Source: Calditrichia bacterium (GTDB lineage Bacteria > Calditrichota > Calditrichia > RBG-13-44-9 > J075). Taken from it: a stretch of DNA of 64,000 bases. A program made the position numbers and the translations under genes. This document shows positions 39,070-48,491 of the stretch, in pieces; position 1 is the first letter of the stretch; each line of letters opens with the position of its first letter. The notes under the pieces were generated by a model, which saw only the letters and a list, made by a program, of their open reading frames with translations, was not told where the DNA came from and made no database searches. The stretch lies in assembly GCA_050633245.1 (NCBI GenBank), contig JBOEGD010000020.1, forward strand, positions 77,438 to 141,437, given 5' to 3'.

Positions 39070-39447
39070 ATGGTTCGATGGCGTGTATTTAACTTGGTTT
39101 TGAACATGGTTATTCTGCTGTCTTTCAGTAGCTGCAATTTATTTGATTTTTCTAAGGACTCTGTAGACGCTCGCATGATTTTCGGGAAATTGGCCATTGA
39201 AAATAATATTAGTGAACCTGTGTATTATTTTGCGGTTGGCGAGCAAACCCTAAGGCTGGTTTATGTGGCTCCAAGAATAAGTGATGAAAACAAAGTCAGA
39301 CCCGGATCTAAAAAGTTGTTATCCCTGGAAGAGCTCCATGTCGGTAAAGATGAAAACAAAATACTCGTCTTCTGGTGGCGGGCTATTGAGGAAGCGGGTG
39401 AGCTGGTGGCCGGTGATGTGCAAAAGTTGAGCGTAAATATCAATTAA
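39070..39447 (+). CDS. Lipoprotein paralog 1 of 3
   Basis: FSSC lipobox; LAIENN..EPVYYFAVGE...ENK...FWW shared with paralogs. Confidence 0.85.
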   Translation: MVRWRVFNLVLNMVILLSFSSCNLFDFSKDSVDARMIFGKLAIENNISEPVYYFAVGEQTLRLVYVAPRISDENKVRPGSKKLLSLEELHVGKDENKILVFWWRAIEEAGELVAGDVQKLSVNIN

Positions 39448-39471
39448 CTTCATTGTTCATTGCTTGTAGAG

Positions 39472-39583
39472 CAGGTGATTATTTTTGTTCGTTTACTGTT
39501 ACTCCTGCTTATTGGACTACCTTCTGGCGTAATGTTTCTCGGCTAACCGGTAGCAGCATTGTTGATTATCTACTAGACCGCAC
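39472..39583 (+). pseudogene. Decayed fragment of the 38254-39009 gene
   Basis: TPAYWTTFWRNVSRLTGSSIVDYLLDR versus TSANWTSSWRNGSRQTGNSIIDNLMDR (38588-38697). Confidence 0.8.
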
Positions 39584-39644
39584 CTTGAATTAGATGCGCG
39601 AGGAGACTTTGCTCTGGAGGTCTAATTTTCTTTTGCCCTAATAA

Positions 39645-40037
39645 ATGAGGAGATTCAAAATGTTTGGAAGTTGTCTACGATATTTGATTCTAAGCGTAAT
39701 CATTATGTTTTTTGTTAGCAGCTGTAGCTTGTTCGATTCGTCTGAGGATTCGGTAGATGCCCGTATTGTCATTAATCGATTGGCTATCGAGAATAATACC
39801 GGCGAGCCTATTTACTATTTTGCAGTTGGTGAAATTACTTCACAGCTAATCGACTGGGCTCCCTCGGTCCTTGATGAGAACAAAATCAGGCCTGGGGAAA
39901 AAGTTCTTCTGATGTTCGAAGAACTACATTTAGCCGAGGAAGATAAGAAGGTATTTGTTTACTGGTGGAACGGCATAGAAGTTACTGGCGAAGAAACTAA
40001 TGGAGAGATCCATACGCTGATTGTTAAAATTAAGTAG
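39645..40037 (+). CDS. Lipoprotein paralog 2 of 3
   Basis: SSCSLFDSSEDSVDARI...LAIENNTGEPIYYFAVGE; start may be 39660. Confidence 0.85.
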   Translation: MRRFKMFGSCLRYLILSVIIMFFVSSCSLFDSSEDSVDARIVINRLAIENNTGEPIYYFAVGEITSQLIDWAPSVLDENKIRPGEKVLLMFEELHLAEEDKKVFVYWWNGIEVTGEETNGEIHTLIVKIK

Positions 40038-40089
40038 CGCTCTGGAAAAACGCTGACGGGTTTCTAGCGAGGTATATGTAAAGCCACTT

Positions 40090-40324
40090 TTAATTTTTCT
40101 CGCGGCGTTTAAAAAAAGATCTAAAATGTTTTTTATCCCCATCAGGATCGAAAAGCCCGGCTGATACTTATCCTATATTGGAGTAATGCCTCATCAATTA
40201 TTTCCCTGCTAAGATTCTTGGGATGAAAGACAATTACTCCATTTTTGTTTACCAATATTAGTTGCAGAGTCGCCCAGGTATCATAAGATCTGAACATGGG
40301 AAGGCTGGTGTCTGTGGCAATTAT
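40090..40324 (-). pseudogene. Decayed, frameshifted 3' fragment of the TlpA gene
   Basis: IIATDTSLPMFRSYDTWATLQLILVNKNGVIV and GLFDPDGDKKHFRSF versus IIATDTSFAMFRSYDAWAIPQVILVNKEGIIV and GLFDPKGAEEHFRSF. Confidence 0.85.
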
Positions 40325-40432
40325 GGCGCCACGGTAATAGACGCGCTTTGTTTGTTCACACTTGAGGTGACCCGGACCTTAAAAAAACTTCTATAATGGC
40401 CTTTTGTATAAAATATTGAATCTCTAATATCA

Positions 40433-40828
40433 ATGATGAGGAGAATGATTATGTCCGGAACTCGCGAATTCTTTGTAATTCTGAGCGTGATTTGTTTGTT
40501 TTTGTTTAGTAGTTGCAGCTTGTTTAATTCTTCTGAAGACTCTGTAGACGCTCGAATTGTAGTCGATCGTCTTGCGATTGAAAACAATACCAGTGAGCCT
40601 ATTTATTATTTCGCCGTTGGAGAGCTTACGGCGCAGGTTTTTCGCTGGGCACCATTGGTCAGCGATGAGAATAGAATCAAGTCCGGTGAAAAAGCTCTTC
40701 TGACGTTCGAAGAGCTCTATGTGCGAGAAAACGAGGAAAAACTTTTCGTTTACTGGTGGAAGGGGGAAGAGGATTCTGGTGAAATAACCCATGGAGAGGT
40801 TCAAACGCTTACAGTTGACCTTAAGTAA
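40433..40828 (+). CDS. Lipoprotein paralog 3 of 3
   Basis: SSCSLFNSSEDSVDARI...LAIENNTSEPIYYFAVGE; start may be 40451. Confidence 0.85.
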   Translation: MMRRMIMSGTREFFVILSVICLFLFSSCSLFNSSEDSVDARIVVDRLAIENNTSEPIYYFAVGELTAQVFRWAPLVSDENRIKSGEKALLTFEELYVRENEEKLFVYWWKGEEDSGEITHGEVQTLTVDLK

Positions 40829-40959
40829 ATTATAGATGTGCATGACCCATGACCTTACGCACAAAATGCTTAAAATGTCGGCCTGAGCATTGCCAAATGC
40901 CCTTCCCTCAATCACAGAGAGAACGCCTGGGGACGTTTAATGCCGCGAAAATTTTATTT

Positions 40960-41544
40960 TTACTTCGGGCGTTGCAAAAAGGACCGAAAGTGCTCTTCAG
41001 CGCCTTTGGGGTCGAACAGGCCGCCGGGCACTTGTTCCACATCTGGTATCTCCCCAGCCAAGGCGTCTTCAAGAATTGCGCTGGTAAGGTATTCAGGGTG
41101 AAGTTTTGAAACAATTATCCCCTCTTTGTTAACCAGAATAACTTGTGGAATTGCCCAGGCGTCATAAGACCTGAACATTGCAAAGCTGGTATCTGTCGCA
41201 ATGATCGTGTTGAGTTTGTGTTTTTCTAAAAAAGGCGAAATGAGATTGCCGGGTTCATACGTTAATGAGATAAAGACGATATCTTTGTCGCTAAACGCTT
41301 TCACCAATTGGTTCAGATGGGGAAAGGATGCAATACAGGGAGTGCACCACGTTGCCCAAAAGTCTATCACAACGACCTTCCCTGCCAAATCACTCCAGTC
41401 ATTTATTTCTACAGAATCCGGTTTGAAAACCGACAAATGCAGATCCGGTGCCCTGTCGCCACTTGCCGGTGCTGGCGATTTCTGAGCATGTCCTGTTGAT
41501 AGTAGCAAAAAACAAACGAGTGAAAATTGTAAAAGCAGCTTCAT
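40960..41544 (-). CDS. TlpA-like thioredoxin-family disulfide reductase
   Basis: Signal peptide; GKVVVIDFWATWCTPC. Confidence 0.92.
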   Translation of the reverse strand: MKLLLQFSLVCFLLLSTGHAQKSPAPASGDRAPDLHLSVFKPDSVEINDWSDLAGKVVVIDFWATWCTPCIASFPHLNQLVKAFSDKDIVFISLTYEPGNLISPFLEKHKLNTIIATDTSFAMFRSYDAWAIPQVILVNKEGIIVSKLHPEYLTSAILEDALAGEIPDVEQVPGGLFDPKGAEEHFRSFLQRPK

Positions 41545-41583
41545 TTTAACTCCTGATCCAGAGTAGTTGATTCCTTCTTGTAA

Positions 41584-41615
41584 ATAAGACTTCGATTTGA
41601 GAAGAAAGGTTTACA
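41584..41615 (-). promoter_or_regulatory. Candidate ECF promoter TGTAAACC-N17-GTCTTAT
   Basis: Matches 31808-31839 in both boxes and spacing. Confidence 0.6.
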
Positions 41616-41688
41616 AAAACTATCTGTTGTTTAGAGCATGTTTAATTGAGAAAACGGAGGGTTGTAAAAGACCCGGAAGGCCGGGCGC

Positions 41689-44600
41689 TTAACGAAAAGG
41701 AGGCAGGCTTTTAATAGCATTAATAAGCTGTAAAAACGAAGCTTCTAATTGTTCGATATCCTGCTGTGAATAAGTACGACGGTAGTCTTCCTGCGGTTTT
41801 AGAAAATGTAGTGTGATGCTGTATGTTTGCTGTCCAGGATACATGTGCGAGAGTAAAATAGCGTACGCCTTTATCTGCATATCATATTTCATGCCTTCCG
41901 TACTCAATTCGCTACCTACAATATTATTCGTTTTATAATCCAGTACTTCCCATTCACCAGAATCATTTTTGAAGATTAGGTCGAGCGTTCCGGTAAAATA
42001 ATCGCTTCCCAGCTTCATGGTGAGAGAGACTTCAGGTTTCCAATTCCCATCCTTAAAAATGGCTGCTGCACGAGGCGTCTTGCTAAATGGAATAATGAAC
42101 TTAGGAAGTTCCTCTCTGAGCTGTTGCTGCATTGCCGAATCGAAGACTTCATAGTAAAAGAATGCTGCTTCCATGCGCGCGTCAGCTGTTGACGCGTCTA
42201 AAACCGGCCCATGCTCCAGAATAAAGTGTACCATCTTCCCTTTTAGAAGACCGAGGTTACTGCTTGAACCTTTGGACTCGCGAATGTAATCATAATCGCT
42301 TTCAAAAAAACCTTTATGGTAGCGCTGGAAGTAAACTTTTTCATCCTTATGAAACTCCAAAAGCTGCGTTGCGGAAAATGTCTCGCCTTTTGGAGTGTCG
42401 GATTGTGGAGCGAGGGCCGTTAAGTCCTTTGGAGTGTCGGTTTGTTGCGTTTTGAGTGCTGTGCGCAAAATAGAAAGGCTTTCGCTAATTTTACCAGCTG
42501 TCGCTTTTGGCGGATTTGCCTGACTGCTACCGTCGCTAATGTGGAAAACTACTTCGCCGTCTCGATTGATCTCTTGTCCGGCATCTTCAGGAGAAACGTT
42601 TAATACCTCCGCTGCCCAGCCAAGGCAATTGTCTTTTTCCAAGGTCGTTTTTTTATAGCTGCCTGATAAATACAGGCGGTCGCGTGCGCGAGTCGTACAA
42701 ACATAAAACAGACGTTTCTTCTCCGCCAGCTGCTTCTGCTTGCTTCGATAGCCGAGCAAATTAAAGATAAATGGCGTAACATCTTCATAATCGGCCTGCG
42801 GATTGCTGATTTTCATTGCCAATCCATAATCGGGATCGAGGCGAATGCGGCTGATGTCGCCGCGAATCGTTTGCTGCAAATATGGACAGAATACGATCGG
42901 AAATTCCAGTCCCTTTGCCTGATGGATCGTCATGATTTTTACCGTTCCGGCATCTTCCAATGCGATTTGCGCTTCGCCTTCACGTGGATCCTGGTGGATA
43001 AGACGGTGCAGCGACTCGATGAAGTCTGCCATGGCAATGAAACCGCTTTGCTCATAGTCTCGACTGAGTTCAATGATTTTTTCGAGGTTAGCCAGAATTT
43101 GCTCACCGTTCCACTCTGCGGCAATTGCTGCGCGATAGAGACTCTCATCAAATATCCCCTCGAGTAGCTGAGAAAGGGACAGGCGATCGCGCCGCCGTCG
43201 CCAACGTTCTACCTGCGCGCGGAAAAGCAGCATTGCCCTTAGGTCGAGTTCGCTATATGTATGTGTAGAGTTTTCAATATTTTTTAGGCGTTCCCAATAA
43301 GATGCTCCTTTTTCCTGGCGAAGCCAGAATAGTCCGGCATCTGAAACACCACCAAATGGAGAGCGCAGTAGAGAAACAAGTGCAATGTCGTCTTTTGGAT
43401 TAAAGAGAAAGCGCAGCAAATAGTATACATCAAAAATTTCCTGGCGGCGATAAAAACCTATTCCACCAATGGTCTTGAATGGAATACTATATTCTCGCAG
43501 GCGCGACTCCAATTCCAAAAGCTGAGTGCGGCGTGGAATGAGAATCGCAATGTCGCCCGGGCGTATTTTGCCAAGCCGCTCGCCATCATCACTTTCCTGA
43601 TAGACTTCTTCCGAGCTGTTCAGCAGCTCGCTGATACGTCGAGCCATATAGCTTTCCTGGTCGACTATGCCTTCGGCAGGTGCTTCTTCTTCATCTTCAG
43701 AAAGAAAGGCCAGTTCGATAAATCCGTTGTCCGCGGAAGGACGCTTTGTATAGAGATCATCGTAACTCACCTCAAAACTGTTGTCCTCATCGGCAACCAA
43801 TAGCTGACGAAACAGATGGTTTACGAATCGATTAATGGTTGGCAGAAAGCGAAAGCTTTGAGTCAGTACGACATTGCCATCATAATCTTCTTCGGATTCT
43901 TCTCCGGCAAAATCTTCCTTTACACGTTGAAAAACACGCACGTCGGCATTGCGAAATCCGTAGATGGACTGTTTGGGATCGCCAACTACAAAGAATTTCT
44001 CTTCCAGCTCTTCTTCGTGCAGACCCATTTGGGAAATAATGTCCCACTGTAGTCCGTTGGTATCCTGAAACTCATCGACCATGATGTAGCGATAGCGATT
44101 TCTCAGGGCATCGCGAACCTGTTCGTCATTGCTGAGCATCTTTAATGTAAGCATTTGCAGGTCTTCAAAATCCAGCAGCCCGCGCTCTTCTTTAGCCAAA
44201 CGGTAAGCAGACTTCACCGCTTCACATAATACCATGCATTGACGGAGCAGCTGAATATGTAGTTTGTCAACTTCACCTGGCGCACTGGCAAATACCTCTT
44301 TGCGAAAACGTGCCAGTGGAGAAATTTGCTCGCTGAATTCAAACAAAACGTCATATGCATCGCCGAGTTCGGATTTTTTACCGAGTCCACTCAGGCGCTT
44401 AAACGGCTCTCCAGAGCTGTTACAGGCAAGTTCAGACAGATCCAGCAATTTTTGCCAGACCAGCGTATCGCGTGGATCTGCAATTGGCAGTTCCAGAATC
44501 TCATCGATAAGCTTAAATAGCTGACGACCTTTTTCGGTAATTCCGGGCAGGTTTAAGTCCGCTGTAGCAAGCGAACCTATAACTGGAAATAGCTGTAGTC

Positions 44601-45306
44601 GAAACCCTTCCGGATGCAACCACTTTTCAAGCTCAGTGAAAAAAATAGAGTTGAGATGCGACAGGTATTCCTCGTCGCTTTGCTCATTGAGCATAGCTTG
44701 CGCTAAGCTCATTTCGTGTGGCTGTTGAAGACCGGTCTCGAGCAAACGACGAATAGTATTTATAGGGACGCAGCGCAAGAGCTCTTTCCACTGATCACGG
44801 GAGTAGTCAGAATCCAGTGAATCGCTGTCCAGTGCTTCCAATACAGACGTCGTTGTTTCTTCCAGCAGAACGGTTTGCTGAAACTCTTTGATAATGCTAA
44901 AGTCCGGATCAATTTCGGCAGCCACGGCAAATTCTCTTAGAACTCGCGCGCAAAAGCCATGAATAGTCGAAATCTGAGCAGAGCTTAGCTGTTCGCGTAG
45001 CTCGAGCAGGCGGGCATATATTTTGGGAGGTTGGTCTTCAGCGAGCAGTTGATTGATACGTCGCGAAACGCGCTCAGTCATCTCGGCCGAGGCTTTGTCG
45101 GTAAAAGTAATTGCCAGAACCCGGCGAATTGCAGTTTGTTCATGCAAAAGGATCTTGAGATAGCGTTCGACCAGAATCGTTGTTTTCCCTGAACCGGCAC
45201 CTGCCGTTACAGAAATGTTGCGATCGGTTCGCAGCGCTAGCTGTTGTTCCGGAGTTAATGACTTCCCGGAGGTTGCGGGTTGTTGGGATGCGGCATCCTG
45301 GCTCAT
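41689..45306 (-). CDS. addA: AddA/RecB-like UvrD helicase with C-terminal PD-(D/E)xK nuclease
   Basis: AGAGSGKT, ITFT, TIHGF, VDEFQD, GDPKQSIYGFR, TIHQAKGLEF, YVCTTRARD, GTLD...DYKT. Confidence 0.85.
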   Translation of the reverse strand: MSQDAASQQPATSGKSLTPEQQLALRTDRNISVTAGAGSGKTTILVERYLKILLHEQTAIRRVLAITFTDKASAEMTERVSRRINQLLAEDQPPKIYARLLELREQLSSAQISTIHGFCARVLREFAVAAEIDPDFSIIKEFQQTVLLEETTTSVLEALDSDSLDSDYSRDQWKELLRCVPINTIRRLLETGLQQPHEMSLAQAMLNEQSDEEYLSHLNSIFFTELEKWLHPEGFRLQLFPVIGSLATADLNLPGITEKGRQLFKLIDEILELPIADPRDTLVWQKLLDLSELACNSSGEPFKRLSGLGKKSELGDAYDVLFEFSEQISPLARFRKEVFASAPGEVDKLHIQLLRQCMVLCEAVKSAYRLAKEERGLLDFEDLQMLTLKMLSNDEQVRDALRNRYRYIMVDEFQDTNGLQWDIISQMGLHEEELEEKFFVVGDPKQSIYGFRNADVRVFQRVKEDFAGEESEEDYDGNVVLTQSFRFLPTINRFVNHLFRQLLVADEDNSFEVSYDDLYTKRPSADNGFIELAFLSEDEEEAPAEGIVDQESYMARRISELLNSSEEVYQESDDGERLGKIRPGDIAILIPRRTQLLELESRLREYSIPFKTIGGIGFYRRQEIFDVYYLLRFLFNPKDDIALVSLLRSPFGGVSDAGLFWLRQEKGASYWERLKNIENSTHTYSELDLRAMLLFRAQVERWRRRRDRLSLSQLLEGIFDESLYRAAIAAEWNGEQILANLEKIIELSRDYEQSGFIAMADFIESLHRLIHQDPREGEAQIALEDAGTVKIMTIHQAKGLEFPIVFCPYLQQTIRGDISRIRLDPDYGLAMKISNPQADYEDVTPFIFNLLGYRSKQKQLAEKKRLFYVCTTRARDRLYLSGSYKKTTLEKDNCLGWAAEVLNVSPEDAGQEINRDGEVVFHISDGSSQANPPKATAGKISESLSILRTALKTQQTDTPKDLTALAPQSDTPKGETFSATQLLEFHKDEKVYFQRYHKGFFESDYDYIRESKGSSSNLGLLKGKMVHFILEHGPVLDASTADARMEAAFFYYEVFDSAMQQQLREELPKFIIPFSKTPRAAAIFKDGNWKPEVSLTMKLGSDYFTGTLDLIFKNDSGEWEVLDYKTNNIVGSELSTEGMKYDMQIKAYAILLSHMYPGQQTYSITLHFLKPQEDYRRTYSQQDIEQLEASFLQLINAIKSLPPFR

Positions 45307-45315
45307 AGTGCTGTC

Positions 45316-45507
45316 TTAGAACTGATCATTAAAGAAATCTTTGTTCTTCTTAATGCCCTGCTCAATCAGTCGTTCCTTAAAGCTGGCGTGAAGTTTTACC
45401 ATCTCGCCGAACGCTTCATCTTTGTCTGCCGGAAGCTTCTCCGGATGACAGGCATAATAAATTCTCATAAACTCGAGCGCGGTTTCATCAAAGGTTTTTG
45501 ACGACAT
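45316..45507 (-). CDS. 63-aa hypothetical protein
   Basis: GGGGAG RBS; ends 9 nt before the addA start. Confidence 0.65.
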   Translation of the reverse strand: MSSKTFDETALEFMRIYYACHPEKLPADKDEAFGEMVKLHASFKERLIEQGIKKNKDFFNDQF

Positions 45508-45622
45508 GTGTCTCCCCTTTATTCTTGCGGTTTTTATTGTGCCGTTCGTTCACTATATTCCTCGCTCATTATAGCAAATTATCTATGTTGAAACAAGTTC
45601 AACCTCTTTGCAGGAATGATCT

Positions 45623-46543
45623 ATGAAGCTGCAAAATACGAAGCTGGCTCCACAAAAAAATGAAGTTGCAATACCTGCTCAATCTGTTGTGTGGGGATTG
45701 GTTGTGGCGATTCTTGCGCTGTCTTGGGCAGCGATGTTTGTGCGTTGGGCAGGCAATGTTCCGGCACTGATCATCGCTTTTTATCGTATGCTCTGGTGTT
45801 CGTTGCTGGTCGCAGTCATCGTTTTTCGAAGCGGGACATTTAGTGAAGCACTGCTCAAACTGAATAAGCGTGATTGGCTGTTGACAATTGCTGCCGGATT
45901 ATTCCTTGCGCTGCATTTTGCCTGTTGGATTGGCGCACTGCAGTATACCTCAGTCGCCAAGGCACTGGTGCTCTACTCTATTCATCCGGTACTTGCCCTG
46001 CTTCTGGCGCCACTGATGCTGAATGAGCGTGCCGGCCGTCTTGCATATGTTGCTGCGGCGATTACCATGGTTGGCGTATTGCTGATTGCCTTTACTGCGA
46101 GTGGCGAGGGTGAGAGCCGACTGTTTGGAAATGTACTCGGGGTGGCGGCAGCCTTGTTTATAGCTCTGTATCTGTTGGTTGCACGAAAGATGCGCGGTCG
46201 CGTCGATCTCTCACCGTATTTATTGCTGGTTTATACTGCCTCCTCGCTGATCTTGTTGTTTATGAGTTTATTTGCCGGCCATGAAATTGTCGCCTATCCA
46301 GGCGAGAGCCACTTTTTCATGTTGCTGTTGGCCTTGGTGCCCACCGGAATCGGCCACTCTTTGTTGAACTGGGCAGCCAGGCATATTGCGTCGTACAAAG
46401 TGAATATCTCGATTCTTGGTGAGACGGTGCTGGCCTCCATACTGGCCTACTTTTTCTTCGCCGAGGTTCCGGAGCTGTGGTTTTATCCCGGCGCAGCGAT
46501 TATTCTTGTTGGGATTATCCTGGCGATGCGGGAGGGGAAATAA
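45623..46543 (+). CDS. EamA/DMT-family transporter
   Basis: 10 TM segments; FLALHF..W..LQYTSVA; GHSLLNW. Confidence 0.92.
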   Translation: MKLQNTKLAPQKNEVAIPAQSVVWGLVVAILALSWAAMFVRWAGNVPALIIAFYRMLWCSLLVAVIVFRSGTFSEALLKLNKRDWLLTIAAGLFLALHFACWIGALQYTSVAKALVLYSIHPVLALLLAPLMLNERAGRLAYVAAAITMVGVLLIAFTASGEGESRLFGNVLGVAAALFIALYLLVARKMRGRVDLSPYLLLVYTASSLILLFMSLFAGHEIVAYPGESHFFMLLLALVPTGIGHSLLNWAARHIASYKVNISILGETVLASILAYFFFAEVPELWFYPGAAIILVGIILAMREGK

Positions 46544-46561
46544 TTTTTTTCGCGTACCTAT

Positions 46562-47323
46562 TTACAGTGTTTGATTACTGCTCTTGTGAATAAAAAAGCG
46601 TATGCCTACAGCTAAAACGTTCCCCTTGAACTCGATGCTCTTTGACCCGAAGGTATCATCGACTCCTATTTCTCCGATAACCTGACGTGTTCTGAATACC
46701 AATCCTAAGCGGGGAAGAGTTTTTCTGCTGCGAAGTAGCAACTCAATCTCGCCCCAAAAATTTAGATCGAAGCTGCTGGCGTTTGTAACAACTCTTTGAT
46801 GTAGTCTGCCGGTGGCTCCAAATACATCCTGCTCGGCAGTAGATGAAAGCTCTGACGCGTCAAAACTGATACCGCCGGCAAGGTTGATCCAGTCGGGAAA
46901 TGGTGATACCTGTATTCCCAGAGCAATGCTACTTAAAAAATAGCTGGATTCACCGGTTAAACTGGCAAAATTATCGATTTCAGAAAGCTCTGCTTTTTTT
47001 GAGGAGAATCTTGTGACCTGGAGAAGGATTGCAACCTTTTCATTTAAGCCAAATCCCCCGTTAATTCCAATGAAGGTGAGCTTGCTGTTGTTCCAACCCA
47101 GCCCCGGGAGTATGTTGGGGTCATATCTCGCGATTCCATTGCCGACAGTAATCCTTTGACCAAGAGGCGCGGTAAAGAACTTACTATCCAGGTTGATTAA
47201 GCCAACTGTTGGCTCTACCCAGATTCGTCGAGGCTCATCCTGTGCCAAGCCAGCTGAGAAACTGAAGCAGCCCGTAAGTATAAAAGCGGTAGCAAGAAAT
47301 GGTAAGAATCTTTTCATTTTCAA
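46562..47323 (-). CDS. Secreted hypothetical protein, possible beta-barrel
   Basis: Signal peptide ending LAQ; amphipathic strands. Confidence 0.7.
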   Translation of the reverse strand: MKMKRFLPFLATAFILTGCFSFSAGLAQDEPRRIWVEPTVGLINLDSKFFTAPLGQRITVGNGIARYDPNILPGLGWNNSKLTFIGINGGFGLNEKVAILLQVTRFSSKKAELSEIDNFASLTGESSYFLSSIALGIQVSPFPDWINLAGGISFDASELSSTAEQDVFGATGRLHQRVVTNASSFDLNFWGEIELLLRSRKTLPRLGLVFRTRQVIGEIGVDDTFGSKSIEFKGNVLAVGIRFFIHKSSNQTL

Positions 47324-47517
47324 TATCCTAAAGAATTGTTGCTGTTTTTACTCGCTGTTAATGAAGGTGGTGGGTGATTGTTCTCTTCTTACTTAACTAT
47401 ATTCGTGGCTCGATGTTATTATCTTAAAAAAAATGTATTTTCTATTGTAAAGCGAGTACACGCGAATTATATTTACAGGCTACTGAGTAATTCGAGTTCT
47501 AATCGGAGAAGTGAAAG

Positions 47518-47730
47518 ATGGCAAAGAAACAAACATTTGAGAGTAAACTCTCGAAGACTGCAGGTGTAACGTTCAAGATTGTAAAGGTCGTTTATCCGTA
47601 TATGTCTTCCAAGTCCAACAACTATCGTTATGTTGAACTAAACATGAAAGTTCCGTTGGATGCAAATGAAGATCAGTTTATTGCAAACGAAATTAAGAAC
47701 GGCATTGCCCGAATGGAAAGCCGCGGTTAA
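47518..47730 (+). CDS. DUF4295-like small basic protein
   Basis: MAKK start, KVV...SSKSNNYRYVE pattern, adjacent to rpmB. Confidence 0.6.
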   Translation: MAKKQTFESKLSKTAGVTFKIVKVVYPYMSSKSNNYRYVELNMKVPLDANEDQFIANEIKNGIARMESRG

Positions 47731-47774
47731 GCAGCAGTCTTTGGCAAGTGCACTAGTGAATCAGGAGTTTAATT

Positions 47775-48014
47775 ATGTCACGCAAATGCAGCATTACGGG
47801 TACAGGGCCTCTAGTAGGAAACCATGTTTCCCACGCGAACAATAAGAATAAGCGTCGTCAATATCCGAATCTTCAGAGCAAACGAATCTATGTTCAGGAA
47901 CTGGGCAAGTTTGTTCGCGTTCGTTTAACAACGCGTGCTATGAAGACGGTTACAAATAAAGGTCTGATGACCTATTTGAAAGAACAAGGTCTGCGTCTGC
48001 AAGACGTAGTATAA
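47775..48014 (+). CDS. rpmB: 50S ribosomal protein L28
   Basis: MSRKCSITG...GNHVSHANNKNKRRQYPNLQ; AGGAG RBS. Confidence 0.98.
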   Translation: MSRKCSITGTGPLVGNHVSHANNKNKRRQYPNLQSKRIYVQELGKFVRVRLTTRAMKTVTNKGLMTYLKEQGLRLQDVV

Positions 48015-48038
48015 GCCACACTCTTTCACAACGATTTG

Positions 48039-48077
48039 AATCCCGGCGTCTGATACAGACGCCGGGTTTTCTTGTTT
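48039..48077 (+). terminator. Terminator after rpmB
   Basis: CCCGGCGTCTG-ATA-CAGACGCCGGG-TTTT. Confidence 0.85.
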
Positions 48078-48225
48078 CATAGCCCTTCCTACAATTCCAT
48101 TGAAAAATTACTGCAAATTTTGTAACCTCCAATATAACCCCACTACATTCACTGTCTTTTGAACCTTAGCCTTTCTCTTATGGTGCGATTTAGCCTGGGC
48201 ATACGTCTTGAAAAAAGTGGCTTTC

Positions 48226-48241
48226 TGGCACCATGATTGCT
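48226..48241 (+). promoter_or_regulatory. Sigma-54 promoter
   Basis: TGGCACCATGATTGCT, near-consensus -24/-12. Confidence 0.65.
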
Positions 48242-48491
48242 CTTTTCAAGAAAGAATTTTACGACAACCCGATTGAAAAATGCTGCGAAGTGGTGGATTT
48301 GAGGCTAAATCTTGCAATTTTGCGTGATGGCGATCAATTTTGGCGCTTTCCCGCTGAACCACCCGTGACATTGCCAGTATTAAAGGTGTCACAAGATTGC
48401 ACAGGTAATAAAATATCGAAAAAAAACATATTCTCATGGGCCGTGAATTGGCTATAAAAGAAGTGACTGTTGTAAAGGAAAGGATGTCGCA

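Noticed and set aside
39070-40828. Integron cassette array
   Set aside because: Spacers are explained as decayed copies of neighbouring genes; no attC-like sites or integrase seen.
42388-42444. Short direct repeat TTTGGAGTGTCGG inside addA
   Set aside because: Two copies encoding DTPK in a linker; no sign of a separate element.
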